In this document: one piece after another, positions 48,501 through 55,463 of the stretch | Position numbering within the stretch: position 1 is the first letter of the stretch | Layout of the letters: each line of letters begins with the position of its first letter | Source: a virus | Virus record (IMG/VR): IMGVR_UViG_3300027973_002292 | Location: 1 to 64,000 of that record | Direction: 5' to 3' (one strand) | DNA: 64,000 nucleotides | Program-made: the position numbers and the translations under genes | The notes under the pieces: model-generated | What the model was told of the DNA's origin: nothing | Seen by the model: the letters and a program-made list of their open reading frames with translations, nothing else | The model's database searches: none

Positions 48501-49951
48501 GCGGAAAAGCATACGGAATAGGCTCTGCTTTGGGCTTAGGCGCAGAGATAGCTAAAGCTAAGGATAACGCTATAGCTGAAGACTATTCTGACATACTATT
48601 TGGCAAAAAAGAAGAGGATATAGATCCTGAGACTGGAGAAGTGACCAAGGGAAGATCTATACTAGGTGCAGGATTCGATGTTTATGGAACCGCTATGGGT
48701 GCTATAGCTGGCGGACCAGTTGGTCAAGGAGTAGCTGCATTTAAGATAGGCTATAGAGCCGGAAATGTAATAGAAAATCAAGCTGGCCTTGGAGAAAAAC
48801 TCGGCAAAATATATGAAGATAAAATCAATAAAGAAAGAGGTGGAGAAATAGCCATTAGAGAAGCTAGATTAAAAGCAAAGAAAGAGCTCTTTAAAGACGC
48901 AAAAGATCTTGAAATCAGGATAGCTAAAATAGAAGAGCAGGGCAAAAAAGGCGTAGAAGAAGAGAGAATTAAAGGAGCAAAAGGTCTTGCTGAAGTTTAT
49001 AAGGGATCTCAAGCCGATAAAGAGAAAAACGACAAAGAAAAAACAGCCCCTTTGAGAAAAGGAATTATAGAAGGTATTGTAAAAAATCAAGAGGCTAATG
49101 GCTTATTCACCTCAAGAGACAAGGCCAATTACTTGATGAGCCAAGAAGCTATCTATGGAAAATTTAAGCCCGAAGAATTTGCAGACAAGGAACTCTACAA
49201 GTCTTACGAAGCTTATTCTAAAGAAAGAGAAACTACTCAAGCAAGAGAGCAAAAATTTAATTCTGCAGTAATGAATCCAGAAATGGCTGGATCTCAAACC
49301 TATAAAATTGATCAATTTAGAGCCGAATCAGAAAGACAATCTGCTATGTTAGCTTCTGCGCCAAAAGACGCTTTAGAAGAAGCTATGAGAAGGGGAGTCT
49401 CTGTTGAGCAGGTAATAGAAGAGAGAAAAAAGATTAATAAATCTAGAGGCTTTATTCCTAACTTCTCTAACGCTTACAATAGAGAAAAATTAGACATCCT
49501 TAGAAATCCAGATTACTCTGGCTATAGAAACGCTGTTCCTCAGCCATCTAAATACTATAAAAATATAGTAAAAAACAGCGCAGAGATTGAAGTCCCGGCA
49601 GCTGAGGTTTATAACAGAATGGGATATTTTGGAGCAACCCCAAAGAACCCTTCCGAGCAATACGCTATTCTCAATCCAGCTCAGCAATCTAAATTGGGAT
49701 ACGCTTCAGGCGGATTCGTGCCAAACTTTGCTGCTGAACAATTTGCTGGCGCTGTTAGTGACGCTATGCAAAAAGCGCTATCTCCATTAATAGACAAGGT
49801 CGGAACTTCAGTTAGTAACTCTAATGTTATTAATGTAAGCGATCAAAGATCTTATCAAACTGGCTCCGATAGAATTACTGGTATAATGGAATTCTTATAT
49901 TCTCAATTCCCTAAGGAAATGGGAAGACAAATGGGCCCTAAACTAGTATAA
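39542..49951 (+). CDS. Tape measure protein (3469 aa) with embedded enzyme-like domains
   Basis: N-terminal TMP core (EFARQGLS...DKL/NKLIAVD...GAVIGNALKTIFTR...LKQIGV); position after tube and chaperones; 11 PNF-type motifs delimiting globular inserts. Confidence 0.88.
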   Translation: MSTTITAGLRVDTSAAYKDIDLFKSRINKSFSQPLGRISGDAAEFSKSLQAAAARVTAFGATTGSIYLVTKAISETARATIEVNKQLTELNTFLGESESSLQNFSKTLFSIARNTGSTFSDATEAAKEFARQGLSTEETLTRTNDALVLSRISGLNYAQSVNSITTALNGFSKEALTSTDIINKLIAVDTRFAVSSKDLSEALTRVGSAAEEAGLSSDQLVATITTAQQITGRGGAVIGNALKTIFTRVRRPEILDQLKQIGVVVTDQNGSLLNAIDILKNYTNVTKNLSQAEKSRTAELLGGVYQINQLQSVIRDLGSANSIYASSLKISIGATDEAIKKNSELNKSYAALINDTANLATQVGSDIGKSLFGPIISGGAGVTKAILEFLSPESIAPQIGKAGQEIGKNLSREIGKGVLDTLGNALVFVGAPVAAVVAGSIGKRLLSFLGASVKTQIKGITDPLGRVVTGGSFSGDKEREQLNLINQISDVVKKNNFIGEATVKGVYNEGKARREVLKEILAQNSLLERQANLAQTIFNTISKIKPTVTTIGQVNSFGLNQVNPRRNAKGRFVASGYIPNFSMGLAEQEESAAKGFGAKNPKARLIRATIKGKTGPVMINDEEDVVPNFAGTGETAIIPRYRNVKDIPRMAKGYVPNFSNASGSFGTVSKINESQVRKEFFSGAGQSGAGEIANEFLASRKLSEQIQASRELGYQGMRGGYIGKLFEAPHTYGTLEDSIRSGSIVKGLAPGKTAKDIGDNLDKYTGEYKNYYELVTNLGRLSAKQINSGKAMEARDLANFGNLMLNKKAEDLITKIVSRKGSDRLVGKMNSSWQSTSRVAEGLARQGARISIVDPGIFGGLGEKRKKELAKLGYQDNYREMTGANAAGYIPNFAKKDKYKFPNISSNKMEANIGKNFEKLTPENQRYFARAYEDYNNLIKVFSKASGTSPEKFANVMSALSPANPLERNALDALRYNLFYQKKLSTAASPIFIDEREIGSVKAQTYGANRTKAANLLVGLEKLTGNKRKSFVNNMLDPFQSTDVTVDYRAQGDALNKQFNVKNAPSMNREQYDKVSQAFRNVGSKAGVSGLGVQAATWIGGRMGSKAARGQDFNRGILKFFYDNPDKISLENLEFLLSVPGKGKARKDFFKNASAMGVSKLGSDSLISIPRVGGYVPNFAGFNLSTIRFLTKASAKMSGSVLSPKTLIKFATGKGKVEDLVNPFLDFLKKPADLINSPQDLEDAKSVINLIFKNNQAREMAASRLAPIINESSFSVKSQEEAVSTGIQYPDGGRGYRDYRDFLRYKLLGGQKEYEEYVGNEYGPKALIKNKDGSYRFNPKSTQGQLELSDVRQAAKVLFSTPEQIAESRALMVGRDVQKQYKARKLGPEDNVPGPNPFLGYTYKLGRFIGNVGKKRKAVKYTDRWDVELHQGERDVMENFLKNTSEISDLETRKQVANYYIDRDLSDSSYAGDINSLIVKELLSSIPGANPILLKGAARAPKGESIFAKGYIPNFSGLSDSISREKSMTGLPVSQIMAHFDKSGNPIAVTNKKDEPNGLKDVVPNFAPRVKVPKTPRGKKGTTAAQVSDLFSSFFGESIGIGLFQSLSSTLADREVLSEDVNTATQIGAPALLAILQGMRGLKASKGQKLGARAAALGVPVALGGAQAAMGFYASRSVGEDLQRRKLEKESDKAAKEFKDLTEGTQELADTLSKLNESFKDASSSPEQLFNLSKRASELTKNVTKNNPALAAAISSEPNVEKKINLIEDARRKASQQQAVKQEIIQFEGSKTKSPEDLINLFSKEISLANDKLLQLNSKDLVPANFDKILSDADLVPLKTFFDLQKEEIKNKLIPSFLEAVKLEIEYNKISKESIKQIKVLKSEEIKASKEIEGKKVRRQAGLEALKSGAEELKPFAGQFGARAAISFESDLQKTKESISAITSFRTQINTKLIDKDLKLPTNVTDKLQGIQTPGQDAGAVLAELSKTPGLNEKQIEALEELITTNETQSRELKKISDISEINKNAQLRVLSIQEKLTYGGGIKTSIDSRSRIDSINAPIKGLLESRLGATLGSERSQTSGMVNVVKSIKDLYPGLIENSKALGSVRDRLTNLRANDLRKDLFRNASLLESAGGYGDIPGMLRAKGLDSEGLKTLAATQAEAELSGGNSPQETTRYLADVIKAATADLNLTIQEGQQIKALQEKTAAPVAEINKETEVARQKFLTSLTDSVKKAFGEKIDVQTVNISNASVNITPSSTSQSGESSGAAQARASMATMASGASGPRSKGFIPSFYNPLREAVQRESQYVPFSSIRINKSNKLINQNNPLGLGVTNTIDEPNGLASIGLASKGYVPNFASKSKILDKVLTDKSLYGPKISKQAQGLAKKGELWGLDYAASNPKKGDYVLYKIKPDGSLGERGMPNKGDTVLSHVAASKFLGGVKDLLPISKLAEPPKSQEASLAGGTILPTSSIDKIIRDVKKKGGSATDLQKAVETFAKQNLSTSNFLIKTGVGDLSIQSKGVFGINSKPLDSSAYGTILNDYGRGKGKSSDFFIQEKAQLSDQHNESRVHVAIDGKGNVKLVRNGTIDKSTGGNLAKGSYRRAAERAALQAAEAFVKANPKLAKNQFLGLDVGAVAATEGKRLGLTTKPFSELGQKFNPIVFEINPTSRRGSQGGSGFVSAENPFSKASPSVFNSILSRLGVKSNNKLVQSNVLEALSKGVMGNDTLLGSVKNKIADTNIPFPSSFFGKVKGAFSSSSSKVKSLFQNAGAKISNLGNSVFGSVGSKFSGVTDKIGAGLSGLTGRVKGGLGGMAAGLSGLTGRVKGGLGGMAAGLSGSSGRVKGGLSGVLTGLGFLGNVQQIGENREADRNLEEYLSKAAATSIIPAAALGLTDFLAGGKLSAKHEVIKGKIGKVASKGLQAASAFSTAAESATEFREGNFGLGAVKGAEAAAYAASLFEGVGKTLPKGKGLLGSLGNVTPKALSQVGGKAYGIGSALGLGAEIAKAKDNAIAEDYSDILFGKKEEDIDPETGEVTKGRSILGAGFDVYGTAMGAIAGGPVGQGVAAFKIGYRAGNVIENQAGLGEKLGKIYEDKINKERGGEIAIREARLKAKKELFKDAKDLEIRIAKIEEQGKKGVEEERIKGAKGLAEVYKGSQADKEKNDKEKTAPLRKGIIEGIVKNQEANGLFTSRDKANYLMSQEAIYGKFKPEEFADKELYKSYEAYSKERETTQAREQKFNSAVMNPEMAGSQTYKIDQFRAESERQSAMLASAPKDALEEAMRRGVSVEQVIEERKKINKSRGFIPNFSNAYNREKLDILRNPDYSGYRNAVPQPSKYYKNIVKNSAEIEVPAAEVYNRMGYFGATPKNPSEQYAILNPAQQSKLGYASGGFVPNFAAEQFAGAVSDAMQKALSPLIDKVGTSVSNSNVINVSDQRSYQTGSDRITGIMEFLYSQFPKEMGRQMGPKLV
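47927..48072 (+). repeat. 54-bp tandem repeat x2.7 inside the TMP (AGLSGLTGRVKGGLGGMA)
   Basis: Identical units at 47927-47980 and 47981-48034, partial third copy. Confidence 0.92.
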
Positions 49952-49958
49952 TATATAT

Positions 49959-51824
49959 ATGGCTTTTACATCAGAAACAGTCTTAAAGTTTGGTTCAACA
50001 GCAATTGAGTTTGCTGTAGTTACTCTTCTGAATTATAGCCTAGAGAATGAGAAAGCTGGCGCTTTTAACTATAGAAGAAAAGAGAACATTAGTGTTACTG
50101 GTTATTTTTCTAATAGAGAATCTTCTGTTCCTGTATCTGAACATTTTAGGCAAATAAAATTACTTCTAGAAAACGCTACTGACTTTATTGATTTAAAGCT
50201 TAATGACCTGTCTTATGGTAAAGTAAGATTTTTAAATTTTACTTTTCCAACCTCTGTAAACTTTGATGAGAACGCTGTAAGATTCAGTAAATTCACAATA
50301 ACAATGGAGGTTTTCAAAGACGATTCTTCAGGAGATTTCGCTTCGAATAATTTGCCTAGTGCTGTTGGCTCTTTAATTTCTTCATGGTATAAGGTCAAAT
50401 CCTTTACAGAAAGTTTTAGTTTTACTCTGCAAGAGGATGGTAACTTCTTGGCTTCTCACTCTTTGTCTTTCGGGATAGATAATATAGATAAGCAATCTCC
50501 AGAAGAAGTAACAAAACTTGCAAACACAATAGCAAATAAATTTTTTGCTCAAGGCTTAGACTCTTTATCTAGTATACGTTCTTTATATAGTTCTACTAAT
50601 TTTCAAGTATCTAATACTGACTACGGATCTTCGTTAGTAAATCAAACAAACGACATCATAAACTATCAATATAGTTATGGAAAAAACTACACAGTATTTT
50701 CAGACAATTCATCTACCACAACTGAAACTTTAACAAACGACATCTCTTACATGCAAGATGGCGTAATTCAAATAATAGAAAGAGGAAGAATAAAAGGAAA
50801 AGGAGACACAAGAGAAGCAGCAAGGCAAAACGCTTTAACTAAATTAGAGTCAAATTTATCAACAGCATATACAAGATGCAATGGTTATTTTACATCTTAT
50901 TTTTCCACTTACTATTTAAAATTTGCTGCTAATGTTCCTAAAATATATCCTACCGAAACTCTAAAAACAAATCCAATATCAATAAATAAAGACTTGGGTG
51001 GAGTAGAAACTGAGGTTGGTTACGATATTACTTTTACAACCAGTGGAACTTACTCTAGCCCAACTAGAATTCATTCTTATTCAATTGCGCTAGTAAAGAA
51101 TCCTAGAGGTATAGTAGAAGCAAATATAGAAGGATCGGTAAAATACTATACCAATAAAAATCAAAATTTTAATAAGATTTCTGATTTCAAAACTAATATC
51201 ATAGACTCTCCAAGTTTATCTGACATAAGCGTTATAAGTCCATATTATAAAAAACTAATGGACTCATCGAGCAACTATGCTGGTTCAAGAATAAGTTTAC
51301 AAATTCAATATTTAAAATTTGGCGTAGAGATACAATACAACAAATTATTTTCCGATTCGCCAACAATTCAGCCTGCTGGAGGTTTAGTTAGCGAGCTAAA
51401 TGTAAGTGAAAGTATGAATTTGCCAGTTAACAGATTTTCTACAGTAAACGTTCCAAATTTCAAAGAAATAATTTATCAAACAAGACAGTTATCCGAAGGG
51501 AATAAAAATATATCTATAGGAATGAAAATCAACAGAGATGTTTTATTCTCTGGGTCTGCGCCGGCATCTAACCAAGATCCTGCTGTCGTGTTTTCAAAAA
51601 TAAAAACACTAATGACTACAAGTATGCTAAACAAAACTTCGGGTTATTTATTTGGCTCGTCTCCAATAGCTGTTAATATTTTTGCTAAAATTTTTCAAAA
51701 CACAAAATATAACAGAGGAGAGTTAACTTATTTCTTAGAAAATTTTAAATTAGCTTTTGATAGTTCTTATACTTTAACAGCAGATTTATCGTTTAAGTTC
51801 TTAGCTGAAAAGGAAAAGATCTAA
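49959..51824 (+). CDS. Putative tail-tip/distal tail protein
   Basis: 621-aa beta-rich ORF directly after the TMP. Confidence 0.5.
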   Translation: MAFTSETVLKFGSTAIEFAVVTLLNYSLENEKAGAFNYRRKENISVTGYFSNRESSVPVSEHFRQIKLLLENATDFIDLKLNDLSYGKVRFLNFTFPTSVNFDENAVRFSKFTITMEVFKDDSSGDFASNNLPSAVGSLISSWYKVKSFTESFSFTLQEDGNFLASHSLSFGIDNIDKQSPEEVTKLANTIANKFFAQGLDSLSSIRSLYSSTNFQVSNTDYGSSLVNQTNDIINYQYSYGKNYTVFSDNSSTTTETLTNDISYMQDGVIQIIERGRIKGKGDTREAARQNALTKLESNLSTAYTRCNGYFTSYFSTYYLKFAANVPKIYPTETLKTNPISINKDLGGVETEVGYDITFTTSGTYSSPTRIHSYSIALVKNPRGIVEANIEGSVKYYTNKNQNFNKISDFKTNIIDSPSLSDISVISPYYKKLMDSSSNYAGSRISLQIQYLKFGVEIQYNKLFSDSPTIQPAGGLVSELNVSESMNLPVNRFSTVNVPNFKEIIYQTRQLSEGNKNISIGMKINRDVLFSGSAPASNQDPAVVFSKIKTLMTTSMLNKTSGYLFGSSPIAVNIFAKIFQNTKYNRGELTYFLENFKLAFDSSYTLTADLSFKFLAEKEKI

Positions 51825-51825
51825 T

Positions 51826-53661
51826 ATGTCAGATATTAAAATTACATATAATGGAAATAGAATTCCTGCAAATGGAACTGGGCCAACTCCTTATATATCA
51901 CTAAATGATGACGTCTCTACTTTTGGAGACAGATGGGGATTAAGTAATAGGATAACTTTAAATGGATTAATAACTGGATGTGAGTATGGTAATTTATATA
52001 GTGGTCAGACTGGATTGGTTGGTCTTTTTGCCAATTCTTACAAGACTTTAGAAGTGTTAGAGAGCGATGACGATCAAAATGCTTACTCTACAGTTTACTC
52101 ATTCTCTGGGTGTTCTGTAGACAACATATCTTTTTCTGAAGCTCCGTATCTAAATGTTATTAGCTACTCAGTAGAGCTAACCTCTTATCCTTCTGGGCTT
52201 ACGGGTTATTTTTCTGGAAACTATGGCGTTTTAGATCCTAGAGATGAAATAAACATTTCTGAAGGAGACGATGGGTTTGGCACCATCAACAGAACAATTT
52301 CAGCAAGAGGTTTCGTTACAAATTCCGTAGATACAGCAGTGAATAATGCTAAAAATTATGTAGCTGGCAGAACCGGAACAACTTCAATTTTACAAGCTTC
52401 TCAAATTTCTGGATTTCAAAATTCTGGAAGTTTTACTCCAGTCTTAGTTCAAGTAGCTGAAAATTTAGATAGACTTTCGCTGACTTATTCGGTAGATCAA
52501 ACCTATCGATTTAAAATGATCTCTGGCGACTCAGAGGCTAGCAATAATTATTCATTTAATAATTATTATTTGACAACATACTCTACAAACCTGTCTTCAG
52601 GAGCAGGCGACGATTTCGTGACAGCAACGATTCAAGGAGAGATTAAGGCCGGCGTAACAGGTTCTACAGGAGACGCTTTAGTTTCAGAGTTGATAACTCA
52701 ACTTTCAGGACTAAATCCATACTTAATTGTTTGTGGTAAATATGGTTCTCCAAACTCTTTTGATTTCTGCAAAGACCCAATTACCTTCTCAGTAACTCAA
52801 GATCTGAAAGCTAGGAAAATAAACTTCAACGCTTCTTACGATAATCTAGATTTATACGGGCCATCAAATAATAAATACGTTTTTTCTGGTTGTTATTTAG
52901 ACGCCACTATAAGTCACGCAATAGATGAGTTGACAAAAACAACTATAATTCAAGTCAGGGGAGATATAAAAGCAAGAGGATCAACTTCTAATAGATATTA
53001 TAATACTTTGGAATACTTAGGCGTCTTAATGAAAGAAGGCTCTAGCGCAAGTCAACCTAGAATCTATGATTTTGCCAATGATTACTATACAGCTTATATC
53101 GGAACAGCTTCTCCAGTTTTTGCTTTGAATACTAAGCCAGTAAATATATCAGTAAATAGTAATTCTATATTAGGTACTATTTCTTTAGATATAACTTATG
53201 ATAATAAAGACAGATTCTCTGGATTAACAGCATCAGACTATAATATATCTTATGAGCCATATAATACAATTTTTTCTTACGCTTCTTCCTGTAATGATTC
53301 TATTAAACATTTAGCTGTTGATATGAATGTGAAAAAAAGAGAAAAGGTTAGCGTAAGTCTAAAAATAGCTGGATCAGGAAAATCTGAATACACTTTAGTG
53401 AATGACGCAAAAGCTTTGATTGAACCAGAAACGGCTGGTAGTTTTTATAATAGTTTTCCAAAAGTTTTGTCTGTAGGCAATTCGGTACAAGAAGAAGCCT
53501 CGGCTTTAAATGTTGAAAACTCTAGCTCAAAAACTCCTATCACTACAAATCAATATGGCGCAGAAATATCAATAAATAAAACTTACTCTTACGAATTATT
53601 AGAGTCAGAAAAAAGCACAAGAAGAATTGTAAAATCAGCGGGCAATTTAGGAAACATATGA
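51826..53661 (+). CDS. Putative tail-tip/hub protein
   Basis: 611-aa beta-rich ORF (PTPYISLN...ITLNG), similar in character to the preceding gene. Confidence 0.5.
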   Translation: MSDIKITYNGNRIPANGTGPTPYISLNDDVSTFGDRWGLSNRITLNGLITGCEYGNLYSGQTGLVGLFANSYKTLEVLESDDDQNAYSTVYSFSGCSVDNISFSEAPYLNVISYSVELTSYPSGLTGYFSGNYGVLDPRDEINISEGDDGFGTINRTISARGFVTNSVDTAVNNAKNYVAGRTGTTSILQASQISGFQNSGSFTPVLVQVAENLDRLSLTYSVDQTYRFKMISGDSEASNNYSFNNYYLTTYSTNLSSGAGDDFVTATIQGEIKAGVTGSTGDALVSELITQLSGLNPYLIVCGKYGSPNSFDFCKDPITFSVTQDLKARKINFNASYDNLDLYGPSNNKYVFSGCYLDATISHAIDELTKTTIIQVRGDIKARGSTSNRYYNTLEYLGVLMKEGSSASQPRIYDFANDYYTAYIGTASPVFALNTKPVNISVNSNSILGTISLDITYDNKDRFSGLTASDYNISYEPYNTIFSYASSCNDSIKHLAVDMNVKKREKVSVSLKIAGSGKSEYTLVNDAKALIEPETAGSFYNSFPKVLSVGNSVQEEASALNVENSSSKTPITTNQYGAEISINKTYSYELLESEKSTRRIVKSAGNLGNI

Positions 53662-55448
53662 ATTCATCTGTAAAATCTGGATTTTTAAATGAAATTTTCT
53701 TACCAGAAGAAAATCTAATAATCGATTATGACTTTAGAACTCCAGTATCTAATGTTAATTATCTGCAATTGAATTTAGCTTCAGGAGCGGTAGCTTATCT
53801 AACTTATAACTTACAAAATCAAACAGGAGAACAATACGCTTCATCTAAAATTATAGATACAGGGCATCCTGCATTAAGTTATTCTGATGCTGGAAATATA
53901 CCATTGAGTTTAGTGAGTGGATATTTTAATGGAAGCTCTAAGTATCAAATACTTGGAAATATAGCTAGTGAAGACTGGACAGCTTATATAGCTTTCAAGC
54001 ATTTAGATACAGGAATTTATAACGAGAGCAAAGTTTTGTGGTCAAGTAAACCTACGGATTCTTCCTTATCTGGATTTGCATTTGGAATTAATGGTTGCAA
54101 TCGTTTGTTTCTAGAATACAACGTTGCGGTAAATGATAAAAGAATTTTCACTTTTAATAAAGAGTTAGATAATAAAAATGTAGCATCAATATCTAAAATT
54201 GATTCTAATGTTTATATTGGTTTACATCAGTATGGGGATTTGAATTCTTTTTCTACCGAAGAGAAGTTTATTTTTTCTGGATACAATCCTTCTTATAGTT
54301 ATTATTTAGGAGGGCTAGGAACATCTGGACAGTCTTATAGGAATTTTAGCGGATACATTGACCAGTTCATGTTTATGGATAGGGGTTTAGATTTCCCAGA
54401 AAGAAATACTTTTTCAGAAGCTTTTTATTGTTCAGGGTATTTTACCGGACAATACCAATCGTTAGTAACTTCATTTAATGCGGTCACTGGAGCTGAGTAT
54501 CAAAATATTATCATAGGAACAGGAATCACTGGTTACCAAGAATATTTGAAAGGATACCAAATAATAAATGGGCAAAATGTAGCAATTTACAGCTATTCTG
54601 GTTTAACTGGATTAGTTTATGAGGAAAAACTCGTTGAATTAACAGGATCCGTCTCTGGAGATTCTGAACTTCAAACTTTTACAGTGGGAAGTGGTTTGCC
54701 TGACTATCAATATATATTTTCATTCACTAATTCTAAAATATTATCTTTTAACAACTTCGATAATTCATATAAAGAAATATACTCATATTCTGGTAAAAAT
54801 ACAGATGATATCAATTTAAACTCAGCGTTTATAGCTGGTAACAATAGATTTTCAATACTATCTACTGGGAGCGGAGAGACTGTTAACCTTTATCTGAATG
54901 GATTAGCAGAGCCATTAGTTAATGCTTTGTCTGATTCGTATACTGGGGATTTTGTATTGTCTGGAAATTATGTAGATTCTCAAGGGTTTTACGATAAAGA
55001 CGATGTCGTGACCTACGATATAATAAAAGGATCTGGAAATATTACTGGAATAAGTTCTATTCAAGAAGCTAATGGGTTTGTAGTTTTGCCATTGTCTTTC
55101 GTGAGTAACAGAGACGTTTATTTAAATGGAGTGAAAATGATATCAGGCATAGACTACTATTCTACTGCAACTGGAGTAATTTTGAATCCAAGCGGATTTT
55201 CTGCTGGTGATGTGTTAATTCTCCCAAGACATGAATCTAATTTAACTAGATACACTGGATACACGGATAATAACTTTGACACGCAGCTAAGATTGTTTGA
55301 CGAACAGGTTTGGATAAATGGACTTAGACAAGTTAAATACGCAGATTACGAAAAGGTGCCAGACTTCAGTCTTAAATATTCATCATTTTCATTGGAGCCT
55401 TACACAGAGACTATTTATAATAATGACACGGGCTTTTTTAACGTGTAA
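53658..55448 (+). CDS. Virion protein with LamG-like N-terminal domain, (S/T)G rich
   Basis: LIIDYDF...FSGYIDQFMF; repeated YLNG/WING motifs. Confidence 0.55.
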   Translation: MNSSVKSGFLNEIFLPEENLIIDYDFRTPVSNVNYLQLNLASGAVAYLTYNLQNQTGEQYASSKIIDTGHPALSYSDAGNIPLSLVSGYFNGSSKYQILGNIASEDWTAYIAFKHLDTGIYNESKVLWSSKPTDSSLSGFAFGINGCNRLFLEYNVAVNDKRIFTFNKELDNKNVASISKIDSNVYIGLHQYGDLNSFSTEEKFIFSGYNPSYSYYLGGLGTSGQSYRNFSGYIDQFMFMDRGLDFPERNTFSEAFYCSGYFTGQYQSLVTSFNAVTGAEYQNIIIGTGITGYQEYLKGYQIINGQNVAIYSYSGLTGLVYEEKLVELTGSVSGDSELQTFTVGSGLPDYQYIFSFTNSKILSFNNFDNSYKEIYSYSGKNTDDINLNSAFIAGNNRFSILSTGSGETVNLYLNGLAEPLVNALSDSYTGDFVLSGNYVDSQGFYDKDDVVTYDIIKGSGNITGISSIQEANGFVVLPLSFVSNRDVYLNGVKMISGIDYYSTATGVILNPSGFSAGDVLILPRHESNLTRYTGYTDNNFDTQLRLFDEQVWINGLRQVKYADYEKVPDFSLKYSSFSLEPYTETIYNNDTGFFNV

Positions 55449-55449
55449 T
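55443..55449 (+). promoter_or_regulatory. GTGTAAT putative phage late promoter
   Basis: Recurrent motif; ATG at 55464. Confidence 0.6.
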
Positions 55450-55463
55450 TACTAATAAGGTTT

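Noticed and set aside
41261-49732. Inteins or introns explaining the TMP inserts
   Set aside because: No C/S...HN-C/S/T splice junctions or LAGLIDADG motifs seen, the frame is continuous, and the boundaries are PNF motifs
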